Origin: Isurus oxyrinchus
Taxonomy: Eukaryota
Direction of reading: 5' to 3'
DNA: 64,000 nucleotides
Assembly: GCA_026770705.1 (NCBI GenBank)
Contig: JANJGN010000016.1
Span: 86,614,001 to 86,678,000 of the forward strand
Shown here: one piece after another, positions 23,032-34,404 of the stretch
Numbering within the stretch: position 1 is the first letter of the stretch
Layout of the letters: every line of letters begins with the position of its first letter
Made by a program: the position numbers and the translations under genes
Notes under the pieces: model-generated
Seen by the model: only the letters and a program-made list of their open reading frames with translations
Told to the model about the DNA's origin: nothing
Databases searched by the model: none

Positions 23032-23331
23032 CTGCAGCCGCCATTTTGTTTCCAATCGGGTTCCTGTCGTGTCGAAATTCCCGGGGTTATGGAGGCAAAA
23101 TTTGTGGTCATCGTATTCAATCAACTAATCTTATTTTACAGTTTTGAATACATCACTTGATCGGGTTTAGCTGATAGGAGGATTCACTGAAATGTTTCTG
23201 GGTAAACTTACCCCTGCCGCTTCTCCTTGCGCGGTTATCGTCTCTTTGTGATTTTTTTCTCCTGTTCCAGTCGCCTCTCTCAGCAGCTGCTCTGTCACGT
23301 TTCAGTTTAAACCCTGAGGGTGTTTCCCATA

Positions 23332-23367
<36 letters not shown>

Positions 23368-23464
23368 ATATCTGAACCTGTTTATATCCCTTTGCAGTCT
23401 CTTTGTATCCTCCTCACAGCTTACTTTCCCAACTAACTATTTATTGTCAGTAACCCTGACTGTG
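23032..23464 (-). promoter_or_regulatory. Promoter/first-exon-like segment (inverted duplicate of 44384-44810)
   Basis: YY1-type CCGCCATTTT at 23038-23047, several CpGs, GTAAGT donor on the minus strand, (CT)n; high similarity to the reverse complement of 44384-44810. Confidence 0.5.
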
Positions 23465-24670
23465 TTACACTCAGACCCCTTGTCTAAATCATTGCTCTCG
23501 ATTGTAAATAGCAGAGACCCAATGATCCTGTCCTGTTAGTTCCAGCTCTCCATCCTGATAACAGGGACACAGGAACGTCAGAACAGGAGTAGGCCATTCG
23601 GCCCTTCGAGCCTGCTCCATCATTCAATACGAGAATGGCTGATCCGGTTATAGTCTCAGCTCCACTTTCCTGCCCCCCTTAAGCCTTGACTTTGTTGCCT
23701 ATAAAAATCTAACTCTGCACTGAATCAATTCAAAAACCCTGGCTCCACTACTTTCTGTGGAAGAGAATTCCACACACCAACTACACTTTGGGATAAAGCT
23801 TTTCTTCACATCTCTGGCTGAAAAGGGAGATCCCTTATTTTTAAACTATGACCCCTAGTTCTAGTCTCCCCCAGATGAGGAAACATCCTCAGGGGATCCA
23901 CTCTATCAAGTCCCCGCAGGATCTTATATGTTTCAATAAGATCCCCTCTCGCTCTTTGAAACTCCAGTGGATATAGGCCTGACATGTTGAAGCTTCCTTC
24001 ATAAAACAACACCTTCATCCCAGGAATGAGTCCAGTGGACCTTCTCTGAACTGCTCCTAAAGCAATTCTATCTTTATTTCAAACCTATCTAATATGTTTG
24101 AATAGTGACTGGTTCATTCCTGTCGTGTTCTGTCCGTTAGCTTGTCCGGAATCCATGTTCATACATTCTCCCCAATCCCATGAACCCTAATCTTGTGTCA
24201 CAACCTCCCGTGTGGAATCTTATCCAGTGTCTCCTGAAAATCCAAATATACCGAATCGATGGCTCCTCCGTATCGACCCTGCCAGTTACACACTGAAAAA
24301 TCTACAATCCTTCAGTCAGACATGATTCCCTTTCATAAATCCCTGTTGACCGAGTCTAATCAAGGCCGGGATTTTCCAAGTGTCCTGTTACCACATCCCC
24401 CATAAAAGATTCCAGTATTTTCCCTATTCCTGATGTCAGACTAACTGGTCTATAATTCCCTGTTTTCTCCCTCCCTCCTTTCTGGAACAGTGGGGTTACA
24501 TTCACTACCTTCCAATCCATGGGGAATGGTCTAGAATCTGGGGAATTCAGGAAGATGAAACCCATGCATCCACTCTCTCCCCAGCCACATCTATTAGACC
24601 CCGAGGATGTTGGGCACCAGGTCCAGGGGATTTATCACCTTTTACCCCATTAATCTTTCCAGAACTTATC
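23375..24670 (-). mobile_element. Nested decayed CR1 fragments
   Basis: 3' end fragment at ~23570-24070 inside RT fragments (NYRPVSLTSGIGKILES). Confidence 0.7.
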
Positions 24671-24694
24671 ATTACTAATGAAAAGTACTGGAGC

Positions 24695-24870
24695 GTGGGG
24701 AGGGAGGTGAGGTGGATCTTCCTATTCCTCTATGGGGGAGGGAGGTGAGATGGATCTTCCTATTCCTCTATGGGGGAGGGGGATGAGGTGGATCTTCCTA
24801 TTCCTCTATGGGGGAGGGGGTGAGGTGGATCTTCCTATTCCTCTATGGGGGAGGGGGTGAGGTGGATCTT
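24695..24870. repeat. ~36-37-bp G-rich minisatellite, about 5 copies
   Basis: Unit gggggagggggtgaggtggatcttcctattcctctat. Confidence 0.9.
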
Positions 24871-25364
24871 GCTTCTGGAACCTGCAATGATAACATTGGG
24901 AGGGTTTGGGTACAGTCTGTGTGACCTCTACAGGACGGGATGTGTGATGAGACCATATGGAGTTGGGAGTGAGGATGGGTTTGGGGGATTCGGGATTGGG
25001 AATATCTGTGTCTCTGTGAGGAAGCTGGAATGCTCACATACCTCCCGATGAGATGCCCCCTTGCTGCTCTCCCTGCATTCACTGTGTCTCCCACTGCCCT
25101 CCCGCTCACCACCAGCACTGCCTCCTCAAGGGGAGGGACCTCATACTGACGTGCCCCTCCTCCCCATGGTCAGGTCCTGCTCGAGCCTGTTCTGTGCTAT
25201 CTCGTCCTGGAAGAGACAGAGTGCTGACTGGGAATTCCATTCTTATCGATCTAATCACAGAGAATTACCTGCAATGGCTTCTCTTCCAGCTCCTGGTCTG
25301 TTCCCTCTGGTGTCTCTCAAGGATCTAATTGTGGCCGCCTCCGATTTCTCATTTACTTACTGCC

Positions 25365-26049
25365 CCACATCTGAAAACACAGCATCAGGTTCCACATGTA
25401 CACTGACAGCACCCAGCTCCATCTCACCACCATCTCTCTCAACCCCTCCACAGTCTCAAAATGATCAGACTCGTATCCGATATTCACTCCTGGATGAGCA
25501 GAAATATCCACCAACTAAATACCAGGAATTCCAAAGCCAATGCCTTCAGTCCACGCCACAATCTCCATTTCCTAGCCACCAGTTCCAATTATAACTTGGT
25601 GGTATATTTGTCCCTGAGATGGGCTTCTAACCATGTAACTGTGTCTTCACTAAGACTGTTTATTTCCACCTCCATAACAAAACCTAACTCAGGCCCAGCT
25701 CAGCTCATCTTCTATGGAAACCTTCATCAATGTCTGTGTAACCTCCAGACATGACTATTCTAACATACTCCTGACACACATCCAACATCCTACCCTCCAT
25801 ACTCTCGATATCACCCAAACTCTGCTGTCTCCTTCATCTATCACCCCTGCGCTCACAGACTCACACTGACTCTCAGTCAAGCACAGCCTTGAGTTTAAAA
25901 TTTGCACCCTTGTTTAGAAATCCCTCCATAGCCTGTACCCTCCCCTATCTCTGTAACATCCTCCAGCCCCACAACTCTCTGGGATATCTATGTTGCTCTA
26001 ATGCTGCCTCTTGAATTTCCCCCAGTTTATTTTCTCCATTATTAGCAAT
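25365..26049 (+). mobile_element. L2 LINE RT fragment (continues at 31395-31638)
   Basis: FHMYTDSTQL (degenerate YADD) and an FKICTLV-like C-terminal motif. Confidence 0.7.
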
Positions 26050-26358
26050 TGTGACACTGACCCACGACCTCCCATTCTCTGCACCCCGGAGTTACCCCAG
26101 ATGATGCTCTGGGAGTTGTCAGGATAATAGTTGATTGTGACATGGACTCTAGAATTAGATACTATCCGGGGCTCTGTGCTAGATAGAGGGTCACTTAACA
26201 TGGGGGTTGAAGGTCAGAGAGCTCGTGTTGGAACCTGTCTTGCTAGAATTCAGACACTGCAGATATGTGCTCATTTTAGGAAAATGTGCTATCAATAAAG
26301 TTATCCCAGCTACAATGTCGACAGCCTGTGTGCATCAGTGAGACAAATAGAAAGACAC

Positions 26359-26488
26359 GGGCTGTGATTATCCAGCCCCATTGTGGGCGGGACCTGCCCT
26401 GGGCGAGGCGGAGCCCCAGCCAGATGTCCATCGACTTGCGGTGGGACCGGGAGATCCCGGCGTTGGGCAGGTGTGGAAAATCCCACCC
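26359..26488. mobile_element. 130-bp Harbinger-type MITE
   Basis: Imperfect TIRs GGGCTGTGATTATCC and GGAAAATCCCACCC; separates the LTR end from the PBS. Confidence 0.65.
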
Positions 26489-27984
26489 ATGGTGTCAGGA
26501 GTAAACTAAACTCAACAATGGAGGATCTGAAACCACCGACAGAGCTCAGTTTGGGGGGAAATCTCGCTGATAACTGGAGGAGGCTCCAGCAGTGATTCAA
26601 GCTGTCCCACACAGCAATGGGCAGTGATAAAAAAGGCCCTCAGGTACAGTCTTCCATCTTTCTTCATGTGGCAGGGAAGCAGCCCTAGAATTCGAGAACA
26701 CATTCACGTTTGAAAGTGATGAGAAGCAAAATGACTTCAGAGAAATAATGGAAAAATTCGAAGCCTATTGCAGCCCCAAGAAGAACATCACATATGAAAG
26801 GTATCGATTTTTTACATGTACACAAGGCAGTGACAACATCAGTCAGTACCTAACTGAGCTGAGAAAACAAGATAAATTGTGTGAGTTTGGAGAGCTTGGA
26901 GAATCACTCATCCGAGATAGAATAATTTGTGGAATCGCAAATGACTCTCTGAGAGAACGGCTTTTGAGAGAAGTTGATCTCATGCTGGAGAAAGCAATAA
27001 GTATCTGCAGAGTGGCAGAAACAGCAAAATGCCAGATTAAACAGATGACAGAAGATGATAAGCTGCACACGATCAAGGTAACTGCAATTAAACAGAAACA
27101 GCCCTGGGAAAGAACAAACAGACAGCCTGAAGGGAAAAAAGAACAAAATTACTTTTAAAACATTCAAATGCAGCCGATGTGAAACAGGGCATTTACCATG
27201 TCATTGTCCAGCCTATGGAAAGCAGTGTAAGAACTGTGATAAACTAATTCACTTCGCTAAGATGTGGAAATCGAAGAAAATCACACAATTGACACAGACA
27301 CTGAAACTGAACTTCCTGTTGGTGCAGTAACAACAAATTCCAAAAAAATGAATGGAAGGTTGATTCAAAAATTGCCAACATGATAGGAGATTTCAAGCTT
27401 GACTCAGGTGCACATACAAAAGCTGTTCCCATAAACCTGTATCGTCAGATAAGCAAAAAGAAAAACAGCTAACTAAAACAAAAGTGAAGCTGTCTACTTA
27501 TACAGGTAAAAAATTGCAGCAGGAGGCAAGTGCACACTTAAAGTGAACTACAAAAAAACACCCTCAAGCAATTCCATTCACAGTGGTGAAAACTGATGCA
27601 AAACCCATTCTTGGAATCAAAGCTTGAGAAAATCTGAAGCTGATGAAGAGAATAATGACGGTCACTAGTGGTCACATCCTGAGCGAGTATAAAGATGTGT
27701 TCCAGGGGATTGGCTGCCTAAAAGGAGAGCACACCATCGAAATCGACAAAACTGTGACACCCAAACTACACCAGCCCAGGAAAACGCCAGCAATGCTGAC
27801 AGAGCGACTGAGAGCAGATTTGGACAGAATGGAGAAACTTCACATCATCACAAAAATTGTAGAAATGACAAAGGGGCTTAATCCTACTGTAATCGTAGAA
27901 AAATCAGATGGGAATCTGTGAGTCTGTCTGGATCCCAGAGACCTAAACCAGGCAATACAAAGAGAGAATTACCAGCTGCACGCA

Positions 27985-30188
27985 GTAGAAGAGATCATGT
28001 GTAGAAGAGATCACGTGTAAACTATCTGATGCTAAATACTATTCAGAGATCACGTGTAGAAGAGATCACGTGTGAAACCAGCTGATACAAAATAATATTC
28101 AGAGATCACGTATAGAAGAGATCACGTGTAAACTAGTTGATGCTGAATACTATTCAGAGATCATGTGTAGAAGAGATCACGTGTGAAACCAGCTGATACA
28201 AAATAATATTCAGAGATCACGTATAGAAGAGATCACGTGTAAACTAGCTGGTGCTAAATACTATTCAGAGATCACATGTAGAAGAGATCACATGTAAACT
28301 AGTTGATGCTGAATACTATTCAGAGATCATGTGTAGAAGAGATCACGTGTAAACTAGCTGGTGCTAAATACTATTCAGAGATCACATGTAGAAGAGATCA
28401 TGTGTAAGCTAGTTGATGCAAAATACTATTCAGAGATCACATGTAGAAGAGATCACGTGTAAAGTAGCTGATGCTAAATACTATTAAGAAATGACATGTA
28501 GAAGAGATCATGTGTAAACTATCTGATGCTAAATACTATTCAGAGATCACGTAAACAAGCTGATGCTAAATGCTATTCAGAGATCAGGTATAGATGAGAT
28601 CACCTGTAGAAGAGATCATGTGTAAAGTAGCTGATGCTAAATACTATTCAGTGATAACATGTAGAAGAGATCACTTGTAAAGTAGATGATGCAAAATACT
28701 ATTCAGAGATCACGTGTAGAAGAGATCACGTGTATAGTAGCAGTTGCTATACAACATGCAGAGATCACATGTAGAAGAGATCACGTGTAAACAAGCTGAA
28801 GCTAACTACTATTCAGAGATCACATGTAGAAGAGATCACGTGTAGAAGAGATCATGTGTAAACTATCTGATGCTAAATACTATTCAGAGATCACATGTAG
28901 AAGAGATCACGTGTAAACAAGCTGAAGCTAACTACTATTCAGAGCTCACGTGTAGAAGAGATCACATATAAACTATCTAATGCTAAATACTATTCAGAGA
29001 TCACATGTAGAAGAGATCACGTGTAAACTATCTGATACAAAATACTATTCAGAGATCACGTGTACAAGAGATCATGTGTAAAGTTGCTGATGCTAAATAC
29101 TATTCAGAGATCACGTGTGGAAGAGATAATGTGTAAGCTAGCTGAAGCTAAACACTATTCAGAGATCACGTGTAGAAGAGATCACGTCTAAACAAGCTGA
29201 TGCTAAATACTCTTCAGATATCATGTGTAGGAGAGATCACGTGTAAACTAGCTGCTGCTAAATACTATTCAGAGATCAGGCGTAGAAGAGATCACGTGTA
29301 AAGTAGCTGATGCTAAATACTATTCAGAGATCACGTGTAGAAGATATCAGGTGTGAAGTAACTGATGCTAAATAATATTCAGAGATGACATGTAGAAGAG
29401 ATCACGTGTAAAGCAGCTGATGCTAAATTCTATTCAGTGATCACATGTAGAAGAGATCACATGTAAACTAAATACTAAATACTCTTCAGAGATCATGTGT
29501 AGGAGAGATCACGTGTTATCTAGCTGATGGTAAATACTATTCAGAGATTAGGTGTAGAAGAGATCACGTGTAAAGTAGCTGGTGCTAAATACTATTCAGA
29601 GATCACGTGTAGACGAGATCACGTGTAAAGTTGCTGACGCTAAATACTATTCAGGGATCACGTGTAGAAGAGATCACGTGTAAAGTAGCTGATGCTAAAT
29701 ACTATTCAGAGATCACGTATAAAAGAGATCACATGTAAAGTAGCTGATGCAAAATACTATTCAGAGATCACGTGTAAACTAGCTGATGCTAAATAATGTT
29801 CAGAGATCACATGCAGAAGATTTCACATGTAAAGTACCTGATGCTGAATACTATTCAGAGATCACGTGTAGAAGAGATCACGTGTAAACTAGCTGATGCT
29901 AAATACTATTCAGAGATCACATGTAGAAGAGATCACATGAAAACTTGCTGATGCTAAATAATATTCAGATATCACGTGTAGAAGAGATCATGTGTAAGGT
30001 AGCTGATGCTAAATTCTATTCAGAGATCACATGTAGAAGAGATCATGTGTAAAGTAGCTGATGCTAAATACTATTCAGAGATCACATGTAGAAGAGATCA
30101 TGTGTATAGTTGCTGATGCTAAATACTATTCAGAGATCACGTGTAGAAGAGATCATGTGTATAGTTGCTGATGCTAAATACTATTCAG
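27985..30188. repeat. 55-bp minisatellite (about 40 units) expanded from within the Gypsy RT gene
   Basis: Unit agagatcacgtgtagaagagatcacgtgtaaactagctgatgctaaatactattc; RT homology resumes on both sides. Confidence 0.95.
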
Positions 30189-31394
30189 TCTCAGATGTGA
30201 GTTTGTGCTTCTGGCAGGTCAAGCTGGATGAACGCTGCTCCTGTCTCTGTACCTTGAACACACCATACGGGTTATACAGGTTTCTACGCTGACCTTTTGG
30301 TATTAATTCGGCTCCGGAGGTTTTCCACAGAGCAGTGAAGGGGCTGTTTGAAGGGTTAGAGGGCAGTGAAACCTATATTGACGATGTGCTGGTCTGGGGA
30401 GCCTCACGAGAAGAGTACGACCACAGACTGAGGCAGGTACTGGCCAGAGCTGGAGAAAGGAGCCTCAAGTTGAAGAAGGAAAAGTACAAAATAGGTCTTC
30501 ATGAAATCAAGTACTTGGGACATGTGCCAACAAGTGAGGGACTGAAACCGGACCCGAGTAAAATCGAAGCAGTTGTGAACATGCCACTCCCAGGATGTAA
30601 GAAAGACTTGGAGAGGTATTTGGGAATGGTGAGCTATCCTGGGAAATTCATTTCAAACATATCAGACCTGACAGCACCTCTCAGAGAACTTCCACAAAAT
30701 GATGTGGAATTGCACTGGGAACAAAGTCACCAGGAAGCTTTGACCTGTCTGGACAGAACACTGACCCAAGCACCAGGGTTAAAGTGTTACGATGTCAGTC
30801 ACCCGGTCAAGATCTCAGTGGACGCTTCAAAGACTGGTCTGGGAACTGTCCTCTTGCAAAATGAGGCTCCAGTGGCATCGGCTTCAAAGGCAACGACTGA
30901 AACACAGCAGCGGGGTGTCCAAATAGAGAAAGAAATGTTAGCAATTGTGTTTGACCTAGAACGTTTCCATCAGTTTGGCAAAGACATGGACGTAGAGTCT
31001 GATCATAAGCCTTTGGAAGCTGCACTTAAAAACCCTTAAACTGTGCACCACCAAGAATCCAAAGATTATTAATGTGTCTGCAGAAGTACCAGGCCAGAGT
31101 TAAATAGAAACCAGACATGGAAATGTACATCGCAGACTCTCTGTCACGTGCATACCCACCCATCACGGAGCAAGAGAATAAAGAAAGGGCAGCACAGGTT
31201 CACACGCTGACAAAGAACTTTCCTGTGGCTGGAACCAAACTGACTGAGATCAGGGAAGTGACCAAGAAGGATGTCGTCCTGAGAAACTGCAGCAGGTTGT
31301 GCAAACTGGCTGGACCACACACCGGAGCGGAGCCCCTTCTGCTGTACAAGAGGACTGCAACTTCTGTGAGGAACTTCACCACTCCACAGAAAAT

Positions 31395-31638
31395 TTAACT
31401 CCCAAATCTCTAAACTCCGGAATTCCTTCCCTAAACCTCTCCAATTCCCAACCCCTCTTTGTCCCCTTTAACACATTCCTCAAACCTGCCTCTTTCGAAG
31501 CTGTTGCTCGTCTGTCTTAATATCTCCTTTGTTAATACAGCATCAGTTTTTAGTTGATAACATTCCTGTAAAGTGCATTCGGACATTATATTCAGTTCCA
31601 CTCACTATATAAACACAAGATATTCTGGTTGTTGTAGT
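31395..31638 (+). mobile_element. L2 LINE 3' end
   Basis: WNSLPKPL-like ccggaattccttccctaaacctct and a typical 3' tail ending ttgttgt. Confidence 0.65.
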
Positions 31639-31659
31639 TTATTGACACTGGAGCCATTG

Positions 31660-33660
31660 GGTCATAGAGACATAGAATTATACAGCACAGAAACAGGCCC
31701 TTCGGCCCATCGTGTGCATGCCAGCCATCAAACACCAGTCTATTCTAATCCCATTTGCCAGCACTTGTCCCATAGCGCTGTATGTTCTGGCATTTCAAGT
31801 GCTCATCTAAATACTTCTTAAGTGTTGTGAGGGTTCCTGTCTCTACCACCCCCTCAGGCAGTGAGTTCCAGATTCCAGCCACCCTCTGGGTGAAAACATC
31901 TTTCCTCACATCCCCTCTAAACCTCCTGCCCCTCACCTTAAATCTATGTCCCCTGGTTATCGACACCTCTGCTAAGTGGAAATGTTTCTTCCTACCTACC
32001 CTAACTACAACCCTCATAATTTGTACACCTCTATCAGCTCCCCCCTCAACCTTCTCTGCTCTAAGGAAAACAACCCTAACATATCCAGCCTCTCTTCATA
32101 GCTGAAACACTCCAGCCCAGGCTACATCCTGGTGAATCTCCTCTGCACCCTCTTCAGTGCAGGCACATCCTTCCTATAATGTGATGACCAGAACTGCACA
32201 CAGTGCTCCAGCTGTGGCCTAACTAGCATTTTATACAGCGCCAAACATAACGTCCCTGCTCTTATATTCTATGCCTTGGCTAATAAAGGCAAGTATCCCA
32301 TATGCCTTCTTAACCACCTTATCTACCTGTGCTGCTGCCTTCAGGGATCTATGGACATGTACACCGAGGTCCCTCTGATCCTCTGTACTTCCTGGGGTCC
32401 TACCATTCATCGTGTGTTCCCTTGTCATGTTAGTCCTCCAAAAATGTATCATCTCACACTTCCCAGGATTAAATTCCATTTGCCACTGCCCTGCCCATCT
32501 GACCAGCCCATCTATATCATCCTGTAATCTAAGGCCTTCCTCCTCACTATTTACACCACCAATTTTGGTGTCACCGTCGAGCTTCCTATCATACCTCCTA
32601 TATTCACATCTAAATCATTAATGTACACTACAAACAGCAAGGGTCCCAGCACCAATCCCTGCGGTACACCACTCGCCATAGGCTTCCAGTCACAAAAACA
32701 TCCTTCGAACATGACCCTTTGCCTCCTGCCACTCAGCCAATTTTGGATCCAATTTGCCAAATTGCCCTGGATCCCTTGAGCTCTGACCTTCTTGACCATT
32801 CTCCCATGGGGGACCTTGTCAAAAGCCTTACTGAAGTCCATGTAAACTACATCAGCTGCAGCACCCTCATCTACACAACTAGTTAACTCCTCAAAAAATT
32901 CAATCAAATGTGTTAGACATGATGTCCCCCTGACAAAGCCATGCTGGTTATCCCAGATTAATCCCTCCCTCTCCAAGTGGAGATTAATCCTGTCCCTCAG
33001 AACTTTTCCCAATAATTTCCCTCCCACTGATGTTAGACTCACTGGCCTGTGGTTACCTGGTTTATCCCTACTACCCTTCTTGAATAACAGTGCCACATTC
33101 ACAGTCCTCCAGTCCCCTGGCACCTCTCCTGTGGCCAGAGAGGATTTGAAAATTAGTGTCAGAGCCCCTAAAATCTCCTCTCTTTGCCTCACACAGCAGC
33201 CTGGAGTACATCTCATCTCAGACTGGGGATTTATCCATTTTTAAGCCAGCTAAAAGCACTAATACTCCTCCCTTTCAATGCTAATTTGTTCAAGTATATC
33301 ACAGACCCCCTCCCTGATTTCTACAGCTACATTGTCCTTCTCCATAGTGAACACAGATGAAAAGTAATCATTTAAAACCTCACCCACGTCCTCCAGCTCC
33401 ACACACAGATTGCCACTTTGGTCCCGAATAGGCCCTACTCTTTCCCTGGTTATCCTCTTGCCCTTAATATATTTATAAAATGCCTCAGGATTTTCCTTTA
33501 CCTTGCCTGCCAGTGTTTTCTCATGTCCCTCTTTGCTTTCCTAATTATTTTTTTAAGTACCCCCCTCTACTTTCTATACTCCTCGAGGGCTTCTGCTGTT
33601 TTCAGCCCTCTGTATCTGCCATAAGCCTCCTTTTTTTCCTTATCCAATCCTCTATATCCA
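31660..33660 (-). mobile_element. 5'-truncated CR1 LINE
   Basis: RT motifs [28 protein letters not shown]; 3' tail near 31661-31680. Confidence 0.9.
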
Positions 33661-34404
33661 TGTCCTGGGGACAGTGCTCTGGGCTGTCACCTCCTGGGTG
33701 ATCTCCCTCCATATTCACTGCATGAGCTGCCTCTGTAACCTCCTTCCCCACTCCCTGTGGGTGAGGGACATCCCTCCTCCTCTGGACCTCCCCCACCAGG
33801 GTCTCCAGAGTCACATCTGAGCAGCTGTGGACCCTCTCGCTGGGTCACTGAGACATCCTGTAACTCTCACTTCCCTCCCAGTCAGCACACTCCACACCTT
33901 CAGTGGAAGTGGGTTAGTGCCGGTTACATATCCATCTCCAGAAACATCGCTTCCAATCAGTGTTTGAGTGTTAAAGGTGCAGGTGTCCCTTTTAGCAGCC
34001 GGAGGCAGGTTTACATCATGGGAATCCTCAGTAAGCTCCACAATTGGGTGTGAAATCCAGACTTTCAAACAGGAGTTTCTGACTAATGCAGCCCCCCTGA
34101 CTGTCTGTTTTCACCCTGTCCCTAAAATAACCCCCTGGGAGTCACGAGCCACCAGATCTGCCCCGTGAAGCCAGTGACATTTTCCCAGTGCCAGTTAGTG
34201 TGGCGATGATTCAACTTCCCTCCCTCCACCTTCCAGAGACATTGTTCACTCCCAGGAACTATCAACAGAAAAATAATTCCAATTAAATCAAGGTTCCAGC
34301 AATGGAAAACAGTGTTTAGTGAAAGCAGGGAACTACTTGAGGCTGAACCAATTCACATACTTGGGGGCATAATTGGCATTGAGCACAACCTCTGACCACA
34401 GGAA

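Larger units (their letters stand above)
26050..31395 (+). mobile_element. Decayed, 3'-truncated Ty3/Gypsy LTR retrotransposon
   Basis: LTR ~26050-26358 starting TG; PBS TGGTGTCAGGAGT at 26490-26502 (tRNA-Leu-like); gag from 26518 with Cys/His knuckle; protease FKLDSGA at 27392-27412; RT YIDD at 30374-30385; RNase H VDAS/EKEMLA/SDHKPL; stops and frameshifts. Confidence 0.92.
24870..34135 (-). mobile_element. Old PIF/Harbinger relic (Myb/SANT gene) split by later insertions
   Basis: Exon 1 remnants at 33660-33860 (LETLVGEVQRRRDV..WREITQEV..TVPRT) and 31640-31658 (WLQCQ); donor GTAAGT at ~25355-25360; exon 2 from ~25207 (DEIAQNRLEQ); TIR-like aaaataaccccc at 34124-34135. Confidence 0.55.
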
